The translations under genes and the position numbers were made by a program. The notes below the pieces were generated by a model, which made no database searches, was not told the origin of the DNA, and saw only the letters and a program-made list of their open reading frames with translations. Shown here one piece after another: positions 37,325-50,000 of a stretch of 64,000 nucleotides of DNA. Within the stretch, counting starts at the first letter, position 1. Each line of letters begins with the position of its first letter. The DNA is from Amoebophrya sp. A120 (Eukaryota; Protista; Dinoflagellata), in NCBI GenBank assembly GCA_905178155.1, contig CAJINV010000002.1:81128-145127 (forward strand). Reading direction: 5' to 3'.

Positions 37325-40300
37325 TCACATCATGATTGCTGATGCGACAAAGCCGTGTCCTCTAGGTACTACCTTCCAGTTGTTCATTTTGACGTTACTC
37401 CAGGTACTTCCAGTTTCCGGTGAGGGGCTGGGTGACAACGAAAATCTGCAACTCCTGTTCTTCGGCCGTTTCGCGGTCCACCTCATCTCCGTCACTACAG
37501 TGCGGCGCCGCCATATGGAGGGTTCATCAGGATCGAACCGGACAAAGCTGAAATAGTGATTATGCTTAGCCATGCATAAAACCGGTAACCGCTGTTTCCC
37601 AGTTTCTAGGCAGCGCATGACAAATATTGGCAGTACCTAAATCCAGTTTGTCATGCTGTTTCGCCGAAGAAAACATCTTTTTCCATGGTCCTACTGCAGC
37701 AGCTTTCTCTCCATCTCTGAACAAGCTTACAACCGGGCTCACTTCCCTGCTTTCCAGTACATGCACGTCATGCCTCCTCAATTTCTGCATAAGTAATGAA
37801 ATATTTCAACTTTGCCGATTTGGGTCCTGACGCTCCCATACGCCAGTAGGTCTGCGATTGGCATGTCGCTCGTCGGGTCCAACTGCTCGCCATTGCAAAA
37901 ATATATCGTGCTGAAAAAGCTTCTGCAATAACCCGAGCAAAAAAAATTTTCAGGCTGCGAAGGAGAACTACAACTTCTCAAGTTTTTCTTACCGCATGAC
38001 ATCAATCTCAAACACATTATATAAACATTTTTGGCTCGGGTGAAGATATTTCTTTTTCACACGATAGAAAACAGCAGCTTGGTTCCCCCAGCAGACGACC
38101 GTATCAGACTGAAAAGACCCCGAGCTGTGCAATCGATCAAAGGTGGTCTCTACAAGGTGAAAAAAACACTCAAGATGAAATACCGGATACCGTATAGAAA
38201 GGAAATATTCCTTCACAGCGGCAGTGCGCATGACAGTTCGTTTCGAACAATGCGGCGAATATGCATATTTTCTCCGTACTCCGGGGTGTACTACGGGTAG
38301 AATCAACAAAATTGATTGACACATAACTGATTTCAAGATAACCTTCTGACGTCGTGCACGCACCTGGTACTTTTGCAAACTTGCATATTCTGGAAGCAGT
38401 CACGAATGCAGTGTCGGAGGTAGTACGGGTCCATGAGGTCGAACTTGGCAAGGAGGGGGTCATGCCTCGGAAACCGCTTTCGGAGCTCCTCTTTGACGAA
38501 GTATTGGTCGATCAGCTGTATCCCCTGCAAAAGCATCGCGGTCGTACTGTGACTAAAAAGGTAAAGATAAAGTAACTGCAATACTGCATGACAAATCCTC
38601 TCGTCACGACATAAACATCATTCATACATAGAGTGAACAGATCAGTATTTCAAAATCCATTTCTCCTTCTGCGTGTTAGTGTTACGATGATTTTACAATG
38701 CATAGGCCGCTTGGCGGTCTCTAGGACGTGGCTCGCATGTCGCACCAGGACTTGTTTTCCCCAAGCGCGTGAGTCCCACTGGACTTCTCGATGTGCCCAC
38801 ACGTCGGCGACGTGTAGGAAAAAATCTCGCTCTGACGCGTCGCAGTCAAGCTCGACAACCACCTCGCCGTCTTGCAGGCTAATGCCGTCGAAGGCCTCCA
38901 GAACGCTCTTCTTCTGTAATGTAGTGTTGCTCAGGAGAGGAGTGACGAAAAAACTTCATAATCTACAAATAGAATGCGCATGACAGATTCCCACGATGGC
39001 AACCAGCATGAAATAACAATAAAAGCGATAATGCTCTTTTACAATTATATTTCGAAGGTACTTGCTGCGCAGAACACTCCGACACCAAATAATCCAAGAC
39101 ATTTCAATACAAGCTGTGAGTACCGAAAATCCGGTGGCAAACTCGAAATATGGCCCGTCCCCCGTTGAGAGCAGGTGTATGCATTGCAAATATCCCTGGG
39201 TCTGGAAGAATGCAAAGTCTATTCTATCCACACGACTTTTGCATGACACATGAGAAGGCTAGCATGCAGGCTCTAACGTCACAGGTTTTCGTGCAAATAT
39301 ACCTTATTGCTGCCTATCAGTTACTATTTCCATCTCGCATGCCAACCCCCCGCTCTCTGTAGCAAGAATTTTTCACCGACTTTCCCTGTTCACGGATGAC
39401 ACACATATTTCGAGTGATCTGAAATGCTGCGCATCACAAGTTTACGCCTTTATAGATTGATCCAGACAACATGTTTGCACTGAATAAAGCTGCGAGCGCG
39501 ACGCTCAGGTATTATATCTGTGAGACGGCCAGATGCCCTATCTTCATCCCACCTCGCGTGGTCCGCATCACGATGTTCGCGTTCCGCCGTTGCGCCCGAT
39601 ATGTCTCTGAACCTGGGACTGATCCAGTCGAGCAGGGCCTGAAGCTCGGCAGCGGTGTACTTCATCCGGAGACAGCGGTCACCTTCTGCCCTGATGCACC
39701 TCGCGGCCAACTCCTCGTTCGAAGTCGGGCCCTGCAAAAATTTCACGGGATATGCGTCGCGATAGGAAAGAGTGTGCAGAAACCTCGTCGTGAAGAAGAG
39801 GTCGAAATGAAACCCCTGGCGGACGAAGCCTACTACTTGGTCGGGCTGCGATGAGCGGAAGCCCTTCACTCGCAACTCCCCGCAAAACTCTGGGGTTATT
39901 AAACACCGCCGCAAAACTTCATTTGCAGTATCTGGCAGGCCGTCGAAGTGCATCCGGACTACGGGAAAGTCCACTCTGCTACACCCGGTCTCGTCCGACG
40001 GGTCGTCCGACTGGTACCACTTAGACTCGAGCAGCTCTTCTCGTTGGATGAAGTGCTCGTACTCCTGGCCGGTCCTGTAGACGAAACTGTTGAAAGCTTC
40101 GCAGTATGCAATACAAGTATGTCTGGGACTCCAACTTTGGAAAAATCAGTAGGTACTTACTTGTCATGCTCAGCCGGGCCGATGGGCAACTTGAATTTCG
40201 GATGCACAGCTGTTGAGAATCAAATTTTGATGACCGGCTCATGAATCGCTATTGGTAAGCAAGTAGTATCAAGAACTCCTGTTTCATCAGCCCCAGACAC

Positions 40301-40651
40301 AATTGCAGTTGATACACAGGCATCCTTGACGGTCGGTTCGTCTGCTGTAAGCAGCTTGCCAGGCGCCCCGAAATCCGGATGAAAGTTGAAGAGCAACTCG
40401 TCGCCGGCATTGGTGAACCGCACGGACGGGGGGCCGCGCACCTCAGGTGGCGGGGGCGGAACATCGGACTGCGGCTCAAATGCGGCGGACGTCGATGTTC
40501 CAGGGACGGGAAAAGACCGTTTCATCGCCATATGATCTGCATCAGCCGCCATGGCCGCTAGTTCCGGGCATTGCTCGCCATCGACCAGCCTGCCGTGGCA
40601 CGGCACCTCCAATAACAGCTGCTTGCGCATGGATGAGGTTTCCTGGGTCAC
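37325..40651 (-). CDS. Multi-exon hypothetical protein (partial model)
   Basis: Several protein-like minus-strand ORFs; removing 40105-40314 joins PTVKDAC/EAFNSFVYRTGQEYEH...VDFPVVRMHFDG in frame. Confidence 0.6.
40105..40314. mobile_element. Family-A TIR introner-like element
   Basis: Family-A TIRs; flanks CGCAG/CACAG; frame restored. Confidence 0.85.
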
Positions 40652-41498
40652 GTTGCCTGACGGTGCTGCAGTGAAGTGTCGCCAAAATGATCAAATCCGA
40701 GCAAATCTGCATTACTACACGTGTCATGCACCGGTCGGAAGATGTAATGACTTTCGCAGAATCTTAAAAATCACACTCACATGCTCTCCCTGACCATCGA
40801 GCGTCATGCTTACACTTAGCAGCTTCGTCTTCCGGGTAGAGTTGAAGTTGAATTACTGCAACGACAAATAGCAATAAGTACCGTCCCATTTGATAGGTTT
40901 TTTCGCATGGCTGTAGTTCGTCAGGAGACCGCTGTTCATTCCTTGGTCATCCACCTCCACGAAAGGCTGTTGCACCGCTGGGCAGGTGTTCACGTCGTGC
41001 ATGGGGAAGGTAATCCGGTCATGGATATGCCAACAAAAGGTCACAACGCCAAAGAAGAAGAGGTTCTATTTCGGTTCTATTTTTTACAAAAGCTGAAGAT
41101 GGTAGTGATTGAATTTCGTTTTTCTTTGTGACCCGGTGGTGATTTCATGAAAATGCTGTCGGAAGGCACTGTGATCTTTTCCTGTTATCATATCGTGGTC
41201 GCTCCTGACTGTCATCGGGGGTCATTCCTGCCATCGGCACATCCTCACTCAGTGTCGAAGCCGGTCCTGTTGAAATGATTTTTGTTTTGTTTATTCTTCG
41301 ATGTCGTGCGAAAAGATCGTCTTACTCGTGGTGTAGATTGCCCCGATGCCACAGAGGCCACGATGAAAAAATTTGCAAAATAATGTCATGCTGACATTCC
41401 TTACACTACCGTAAGTTCACACTTATACTACTCGAAGACGAGTGCCATGTAGCTACACGGGTATGATTACAATATAGAAAATCAATTTCAAAATCAAA

Positions 41499-43260
41499 TT
41501 ATCTTCTAATACTAAAAGATGAAGCGAGCGATGGGTTTTCCAAATGCGGAACGTGGCGGAAAATCCTCTGAAGCTGCGTCGCAAGGGCTTCCTCCTGAGG
41601 CAAGTTGATGAGCTCTTGCAGTAAATCCCCATCTTCGTGGAGGTGTTTCTGCACTTGCATCCGCTTTGCGTCGACGTTTGCCTGGGCCTCCTTGAGCTGT
41701 TTCTCCGCAGCATCCAGATCCTCGTTGGCCGCCGCCACCTTGTGCAAAGCTTGCAGTCGTAGGGCCATCATCTTCTCGTCCTGTTCCTTCTGCTGTCCGT
41801 CCGATTCCGCTGGTTCATTGTCACGAGCGAAGAATACAAGTCGATCACGTTTTTCCTTTTTGTTGGTGGTGCCATTCAAATTCTGCTCCACGCGAAGACG
41901 CTGGATTGGCACCGGTTCTTGGCGCAGGTGGCGTAGAAAGTCCCTGGGGTCGGGACCGAATTTTATGGGATGTTCGGGTATCCACGACACTGAACGCTCC
42001 GCAAGTGGTCGGCGGATGTTGTCTACTTCTTGTGGGAGAAGCGTTTCGCCCGGAAAAGCGTTTTGCTCGAAGCTGTTTTGTTCTCTGAAGACGTCCTGAA
42101 CAGCGACATCAGCGGACGTCGGTGGCGATGATAAACCCCCGTCGTTGACCATTATCCTGTGTAGAAACGTCCCTATCCCGGACTTGCGATGCAAAATCTC
42201 ATTACATGGGGAAACTACGTCGGTGCGCAATTATCCAGTCCTGACTTTTGCGAACTGACTTTGCAATGCGTCTTTGATTGCCAAGCAGCAACAAACCCCA
42301 GATCGAAACTTGTCATGCCGGATTCGCAAAAGTGCTGCGCTAGTGTAGCTCCTGCACCGATCCCATCTAGTACCTGACCACGGATAGTACCTTTTTACAC
42401 TGGATATAATCAACCTGAACTGCGTCTTCCGGTTCATTGTACAAGTTGGTTCGCTCCTGGTCGAGCACGCGCACGAACTCGTCCCAGTTAGTGAACGGAG
42501 CAGGTTCTCGTTCGGACAACACTGGTAGTTTCGCTGTGTGATGATCTCCATCGGAGGACGACGACCCGCGTGCAGTAGAGGATGCTGATGCGTCGCGCTG
42601 CTGCTGGCTGTGGCTTTGGCTTCGGCTTCGAAGAATCAAAGGAAGAATAAATTTGTTGAAGTCGGCTTCCCGCAGGGCGGCGATGGTTGTCTGGCCGGTT
42701 CTTGTAACCTCCCTTCTTTGGGCAGAGCCGTTTGCAGCCTGCCGGCGCGTTTGTTGTATTCGTAAACACGCCATAGTCTGTTGTATTCGTAAATCCAGCA
42801 TCCCGTTGTAGTTCTGTTGCTCTTGTTGTTCGTCCCGGTCGGCCGGCTCATTTTCGTCAGAAAAAAGTGCGTTCATCCTATCACGCTCCGTTTCATCACT
42901 GGTAGCCGAATTCTGCTCCGCGTGCAGGTGATGTATCTGTTCCGCAAGCGGCATCGCGTAGGTGCGATTCAGCATCTCGATTTCCTTTCTGTCGAGCCAG
43001 TATGGGTTGCAAATATTTCTGGGTCTCCTGGAAGAGTGCAAGACTTGCCATGCAGGTTTTGCATGACCCATGGCACCAGTGACGCATGACAAAGTCCCTT
43101 TCCATTGGGGCAGAAGTAGACCCCTTTTGGTAATCATGCAACACAGTACAAGATTTTTGCATCACGAGCCGAACTTAGCATGAAAGCCTGCAAGGTTCCA
43201 TCTCCAGACACAGACACATTGGCAATGCATAGCCGCGACGTGAGATGCTGTACGCTAGAC
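41499..43260 (-). CDS. Hypothetical protein, paralog 1 (C-terminal coiled coil)
   Basis: ORFs 42367-43137 and 41499-42230 are separated by an F element (~42153-42406). They share LREADFNKFILPLILR, FTNWDEFVRV and ETLLPQE with the gene at 52.7-54.4 kb. Confidence 0.7.
43001..43231. mobile_element. Family-A TIR introner-like element
   Basis: Family-A TIRs; flanks GCCAG/GCCGC. Confidence 0.8.
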
Positions 43261-44201
43261 GACATGCTGGAAGGGGTAAAAAGGTGTTAGTGGTTCTTGT
43301 TCTGTGGTATTGATGTTCTTGTTCCTGGACTGAAAGAGAAGAAGATAAGCAGTAGCAAATATTTCCAGGCGTGAAAAAGTGCAATTGGTCATGCAATCTC
43401 TGTACCACACAAAAATCTGTGTTGCAAATTGTTTTTTGCTGGCACGACAGTTTCCATTTAGTGCTGCCAAGAATAGAAAAAAACGAGTTCCAGTGCTGCC
43501 AAGAATAGAAAAAAAAGCTGGGATGTGTTTGGTTGTCACAAAGGGGTAGAAATTGTGGTACCTCTTTATGTATTTTCGTATAAAGAAAGCAATTTATAGA
43601 ACTGTAGATTCGAATATCGAGAATTCCTACACCAGAAAACGAACCCCTGTCTGCTCTCGCAACTGTTTCGACGTCACCCACGATGCATCGGCTGAGCCTC
43701 TCTAGCCGCAATAGCGTAGTTGTGTCACATTGTGTTTGCTCCTCGTTCTCTCCGATCCTTCGTCGAACATCAAACACAAAAAACTATCTCTCACGTTGAG
43801 AAACAACAAGAGCTTGCATCAAGAAGTGCACCGAAGATCCTGAACGACGAATAAAGGTCCGAAAAAGAACCATCTCTCTCATACATCCTATCTTCACCTG
43901 AAGAAACTCAAACTTTAACGTCCTTGTAAAGTACTTTTCCCCTGCTGGAGCAAACGTTTCGTACGACTTCCTGCAACAACTCTTCCAAGAATCGGAAAGC
44001 TCAACAGAGGTCGTGCTCAAAAAAAGAACTGACATTGGGCCTTCGCTGAGGTCGAAATGTCGCATTTTCCGTGGCTGTACGAAGCGTTCTTGTACCATAG
44101 GGCTACATCAGTAGTAGGCCGGAGCCAAACGCGAATCTGGTGTCTCGAATATCATTTTTTCATATAGTGAAATGGAAGACATTGACTTCACATTTTCCGC
44201 A

Positions 44202-46896
44202 TTAAGCGTCGTCGCCGTCGTCGTCTTCCAACTGTCTGGCACGTTCCTGCCATTCGCCACTCTCCACGTACTCCACCAGTGTTATGGGGTTCTCAGACGT
44301 TACATACCCAAATGTCGTGTGAATTTGTCATGCAAAAACACCACCACCATCCTCACGATCAAGCTACTCCGCATGACAAATTTGCGAAGGGCTAAGCCGC
44401 GACTAAATCTGCGCCGAACTTGTAATGCAAAAGGCGCAATCTTCCTCCTTTCACTTTTGCCAGTCTTGCATTAGAGTGGGGTAACAATGAAATCCTTATC
44501 CGCCCCCGCGGCGGATAAGCCAGGGGGGGGGCCCCCCCCGCCTTATCCGCCGGCGGGCCGTACCGTTATAGCCGCAACAAAGTGGCCGGGCGCCACCACC
44601 GCGCGCCTGGAGGACCCGGAAATGCCGACAACGCCCGGCATGTTGTGGGCAGATTTTGAAACACCACAAAGACCGACGGACGGCATGGCGCCGCCGGTCT
44701 TTGTGATGTTCCATTCCTTGAAGGTAGCAGGCGCAGCAAGTGAAGGCCCCACACTGGCGGGACTGCTTCGGACCTAAAAAAACCCGCCAGCAGATATTTG
44801 CCACGCAAAAGGTGAAACAGCTTGGGAAACCCGCCAAGCAACAAGCGGCCGAGCAAATAGCAAGCTAGCAGCGGGCACACAGGGCCAGGGCTAGAACTTG
44901 CCCCACAGATGTAAACTCCTACCATGCGGCGCAGCGTGAGGGCCGCCGAGCTTCCTCGCCTATGTCTTTCGGACTATGTACTTGCTTGCCAGCCCATGCC
45001 GCCCTGGTCTTGCTTGGGCATGCCTGCAGGTAGCGGCTTAGGGTCCGAAGTGAGAAACGCAGTGGGCTGGGGGTTTTATCTTACCCGCGCCCGCCTTCGC
45101 AGGGTGTGTGCCTGTGCAGACCCAAGCCCGCCGCCCGCTATGGATTCGCCTCCTTTCCTTTTGCAATGGGCCCACGCACCGAAACAGGCCGCAACAGCGC
45201 CCAAGGCTGCGCACCCAGGGCCCGCCCCTTATAAATGTGGCGCGCCATCGGTGGTAAAATTCCCCCCGGTGGTGTGTTCGATTTATATTCCCTCGCGACA
45301 GGCCCGCGGCCGGGCTCCCATTTCCTGGGCCCCGGGCCGGGCCGTGCTGGTGACATGTTAGCTTGCTTGCCGCAGCGCGAATAACTTCCGCCGCGGCCAT
45401 ATAGAAGCAACTGAGCCGCGCGGGCGACAGGCGCGCGCGCCCTACTTTTGTTCGGCGGCTTTTTTTTCATGCCGCCGCCAGCCAATGCCAATGCGCCCCA
45501 GCTTTCCGGCGCGGCACAAATGCCGGCCCGAAGTGATGCGCGCGAAACAGGCCTCCCTCGGAGCGCAGTGAGGTTTTCTCGGTTCCCATTACAGGTTTTC
45601 CCGTTTCCCATCTCGGGCCTCAGTGAGGTCTCCCCCCCGCACAGGCCCCGGGGCCCAGCGCGACGGGCTGTGGCTCTGGGCAAGCCACAGCCCGCTACCA
45701 GCTACCGCCCCCCGCGCTGACTTCCTCTCCCCGGCCGCCACGCCACGCGGCACGCATTTTTGATTGCGATTGCGCCAAGGCGCCGGGGCAACAACGCCGG
45801 GGCCCTGCATGGGGCTGCGGGCTGGGTGGTGATTCATTTCTCGGGTGGCGTGTTTCCGGCGCGAATTGGTAGCCGCCGGGGCCTGTGGGTACGTAGCTTG
45901 CAAAGCCAGCAAGGTGCTTACACCTGCGACCAGGAGCCCCCACCCGGTGCGCGTGAGGCTTGGCGCCCTTGTTTCTTTGCGAGGCACGCTGTCGGACTCG
46001 GTCTGTGCGTATGTATCTATTGTGTGCAACGTGATGAAGCCAGGGCTTCTATGGGCAAACCCCCCAGACAGGCCTCGACGTGCAAAGCCCGGGCCTCTAT
46101 TGACAAGCCCCCCAGCGAATTACTTAAATCCAGCGGGCGTATGCTAAACGAAAGCAAGAGAAAAACAGCAGCAGCCAGAGCCATCCTTCTATGTCGTTTT
46201 TAGGACTTTTTCGTGCCTTTTGTAAGTCATTTGCATGAAAAAAAGCACTTTTTTTTGTGTGAATTCCCAAAGCAACGTCTTTCCGCCTTGTTTTGCTTGC
46301 AAGACAAAAAATTGGCCTGCCGTCTCTCTTTCTTTTCTTCTTCCACCAATCCCGATGGTGCGACGTTTGGCGGCTTCCTGCGTAATACTTAAACCGTAAG
46401 CACCAGCGGCGTGCTGTGTGTCGGCCCGGGGTCCCTCGGGCTCACCCAAACGGCGCCGGGGCCGGGCCAGTTCATAGGGCCTATTCCGGGACAGCCCGCC
46501 GGCGGATAAGGATTTCATTGTTACCCCACTCTTACAAATTCATGTAACAGTTGAGAATGTAACATTTGAGAACTCCATAAGTGTGGCGAATTCCACCGAA
46601 TAGTACCCGAGCATCCCCTGGGCGGCCTCCATGATCCCGAGGATTTTCAGGACCTCGGGAAAATCAGTCTCGCGGAGGTGTATCAAGTTCTGGAACGCGT
46701 CGCGATGGGAAATGGGGTTCAAACTGCGCGGCGGGGACGAGGTCCAGAGCGATGATGAGAAATCAGGGTCGAGCCCGAGATCGGCACACGCAGTCCTGAA
46801 CCAATCCCACCGTACCACGCGCCGCTCCAACGAGATTTTGTTATTTGCCATTTCCGCAATCCAGTCTTGGATAATTGTAAGTCGGTCGAACGTCAT
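44202..46896 (-). CDS. ~130-aa hypothetical protein split by a 2.3-kb composite element
   Basis: MTFDRLTIIQDW...YSVEFATL joins VEYVESGEWQERARQLEDDDGDDA* after removing 44283-46579 plus one AGTGT. Confidence 0.7.
44283..46579. mobile_element. Family-B introner-like element containing a 2-kb insertion
   Basis: TATGGGGTTCTCAGACGTTACA ... TGTAACATTTGAGAACTCCATA; perfect AGTGT duplication. Confidence 0.9.
44474..46531. mobile_element. 2,058-bp GC-rich TIR DNA transposon with TTA target duplication (PIF/Harbinger- or Zator-like), apparently non-autonomous
   Basis: Perfect 31-bp TIR GAGTGGGGTAACAATGAAATCCTTATCCGCC (44474-44504 / 46501-46531); TTA on both sides; no recognisable transposase ORF. Confidence 0.9.
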
Positions 46897-47075
46897 GTCC
46901 GGGTCAACGTGGTGTCGTCCCGTACTCTGTTGTTTAGTATGTGTGTCAACGTTTGTGAAATACGGAGTGATATAGGAGTAAAACCCGTCTCAGGAACACG
47001 ACAGGCCCTCAAGGATGGGTGTTCCCCTAGAAGTACAAGCACACAAAAAGTGGAACACCTATGCAGCAACCTTTT

Positions 47076-50000
47076 TTAAAGTACTATTTCTCCCCGCAGC
47101 AAGTGGACCTGCCATTTGCCGAATTCTTCAACAGTTGGCATCTCGTTCAATGCCCCGTTAAATTCAAGAGTTGGCCGCTCGTTCACGGCCACGGACCGGC
47201 AAAAGCAATCAGGGTTGTTATGGGAAGAAAAAACACTGGCGCAGTCACTACACCATAAGGGATGCTTGAGAAACAAAAATTTTTGCATCACAACATTAGT
47301 TCGCGCATTGACAGAAATGAACAGCGAAAGTCCCGTACCTACAAGGCTTCGCTCGGTTGCTGCAACATTTTTAGCCATGACAAGCAAGAACTTCGCACTG
47401 CAAAAACATCCAGGGCAAGTGACTGTAGCGCAACCTTCAAATAGTGGATAGCACCTCACGTTACGCAAACACTCCGCCAACACCTTTCGTACCTCTGCGC
47501 GCTCGGCTTGCTTTTCGTCCTGGCCGTTTGCTTCCTCGCTGCTACAGCAATATGAAACATGGCACCCGCCAAGAAGCGCGATGCGGAAGTTATCAATTGC
47601 AAATATATTGGGTTTGGGTCTGGATGTATAGCGTTTTTGCGTGATCCAACGCGCCATGCAAGCCCTCAGTGTCACATTTTTTGACTGAGTTTCTCAATCC
47701 AAATACTTCACTGTCCGCGTGACAAATCACCTCTTTCGGCAACAAGAAATGGGCGAGTTCTTTTCTTGCGGGTCGTGCATTGCAGATTTTTGCGTGGTCT
47801 TCTAAGATTTGAATGCATAGTTCTCGACCCAGATTTATTTGCAACGCGTACAAATCGATGATCGCATCATCCGCCGTGTAGTGTGCCCACCTCTATGGAG
47901 GCGTCAGATTCGAAATTGCCAGAGTTGTGGAATAAAGAAGTTGCAATGCATGGAATGCCGGGGATTTTGCTCGGCCTGTCTTACGGGGGTGGCAAAAGTG
48001 AGGGTCAGGGATGGAGCTGCGGAGGAGCATTACCTACAGTAGCAGTCTTCTCTGCCCCATCAAACACACCCAGGCAATGCCGAAATTTACCATGTGCCAC
48101 ATACAACTTGTGCGTGCAGCGGGTTTCGCCGGCTTTATGCGTCCTCACAATTTTTCTTTTTCAACTATGTCGACTTCGAACCTGGAGCCCCCATAACTTC
48201 ATCGCCTTTCGCACGCAGTCTGCTGGGAGAAAAGTGTTCCCGGGCCAAAGCGTGAACCTGATCAGTTTCGCGGCGTAATCTTTCAGATCATCCTTCTGGA
48301 CGTTCCCTTTCCGCGTCTTCCTGATATTCAGGTCCGTAAATCCGGCTCCGCCGGATCTGCGGGCATGCTTGTCGATTTCTTTGTCGGGAAGCTCCAATAC
48401 CGCTATGGTGTTCTCAAGCGTTGCATTGTCCGCTGTGTGATGCAAAAAATAGTATTAAATAAAAAGTGAAACGTCGGAGAGCCTGCACCCCTCGCACCAC
48501 AAATTCGGCAAAGCTTTTTGCTTTCATGCTGTTAAGTGGTTAGCCCCTCGGGAATCTGTCATGCGAACTACAGTCCGTCCTTTGATCGCGTGGAAGGGCC
48601 TTGATGGTGATTTTCTTGCATGACAAATCACGTATATGGTGCAGCGATGCAACGTTTGAGAACCCCATAACCGCGACGGCGAGGTTTCGACTTATCGGGA
48701 AGTCGGAACACCAATCACGCATCGAAGGATAAAGTAGCTTCAGTTTGAACTCGCACATGCAAATCGATGTGGGTGTGGTACGAAACAACCACGTGTCAAA
48801 ATGCTGAAAATGCAGCAAAGGATGAAGGAATTCCTTCAGTGTGTGCTCCCGCAAGAAGCAGGTATGGGTATGGCAAAGATTCTTTTCCAACATTTGCAAC
48901 GCTCTTATTATTGTTTCTTGTCGCGCTGCGCACAGATGCTGCAAAAGCAAAAGCATTTCAGTGAAGCGCCTTCTTCGCATGTTAATTATACCGCTTTCTT
49001 CATCTTCACCGAGAGCATCGTATAGCTCCCTGTTGCCCGCACCCCAAGCAGGGGACACTGGGAGAAACGGCGACAGTACGGCTAGGGTATCGCCTTCCAG
49101 GAGTTCGAATTCATTATGAAGTGCAAAAATGTCTGGGTCTAGAAGATCAAATAAAAGTTGTCATGCTACTTAAATCTGAATGATGCAAAAATCTGTGTTG
49201 CGTGAGTGCCAAAAGCTCTGCGCTTTTGACCAAATTGAGAGGGAGTTTCTCATGCAGGAAAGGCATAATAGTGACCTCAAAAAATTATATGTCATGCTAG
49301 GTCTCGCATTCCAAAACTGATAGCTCATGCAAAACGTGCATGACAAGTCTTACAGACCCAGACATATTTGCAATTCACAGTCCTTGCAGTTGTACATTTC
49401 ATCGAAGACGAATGAGCGGGCCTGGTCAAGCGTGCAGTTGCGGGCCCGAAGGTGCTATGCATTGCAAATATGTTTTGGTGTGAAAATTTTCCAACTTCTT
49501 CTAACTCGTGCTTGAGATCACTCGCACAAAATCTGTCATGCATAGACAGCAGAAGTTGCGTACTTTCTGTCACTGCTGCACCGCATTTCCAGGAGACACT
49601 GACTCCCAGTGGTCGACCTCGCTGTCGTCACCGGAAAAAGAATTCATCATGCGGATTCGGCACTGTGAGACCTTCACCTTCTGGAAACCTGTGTGTGGTG
49701 CTAGTGCTTGCATGCCAGACCTACTGTGCGATGCAGAAACAGGATGGGGGAAATCTGCACTCCTGCAGACCCCACCAGACATATTTGCAGCGGATACGCA
49801 GAAGGCATCAAACACGTCGTCGAAATCCAAGTCCATCTCCTCGGGCAAGCGGAATGGAATGGCTGGCTCCGCTAGCGTCGTGACAACGAACTGGTATACT
49901 GCGGTATCGTCAGGAAAAGTGCCCCGCCCCCTCAACTACAGGTGTATTTCTTTGTTCCTCGTCACGTTTGCCATGTTGGCAATGCAAATGTTGCACAGTC

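Noticed and set aside
44487-46518. ORFs inside the 2-kb TIR element as a transposase
   Set aside because: Short GC-rich ORFs with no DDE or Myb-like motifs I could recognise
37325-50000. Possible distant paralogy between the 37-40 kb and 47-50 kb proteins
   Set aside because: Only short, weak peptide resemblances; needs a profile alignment
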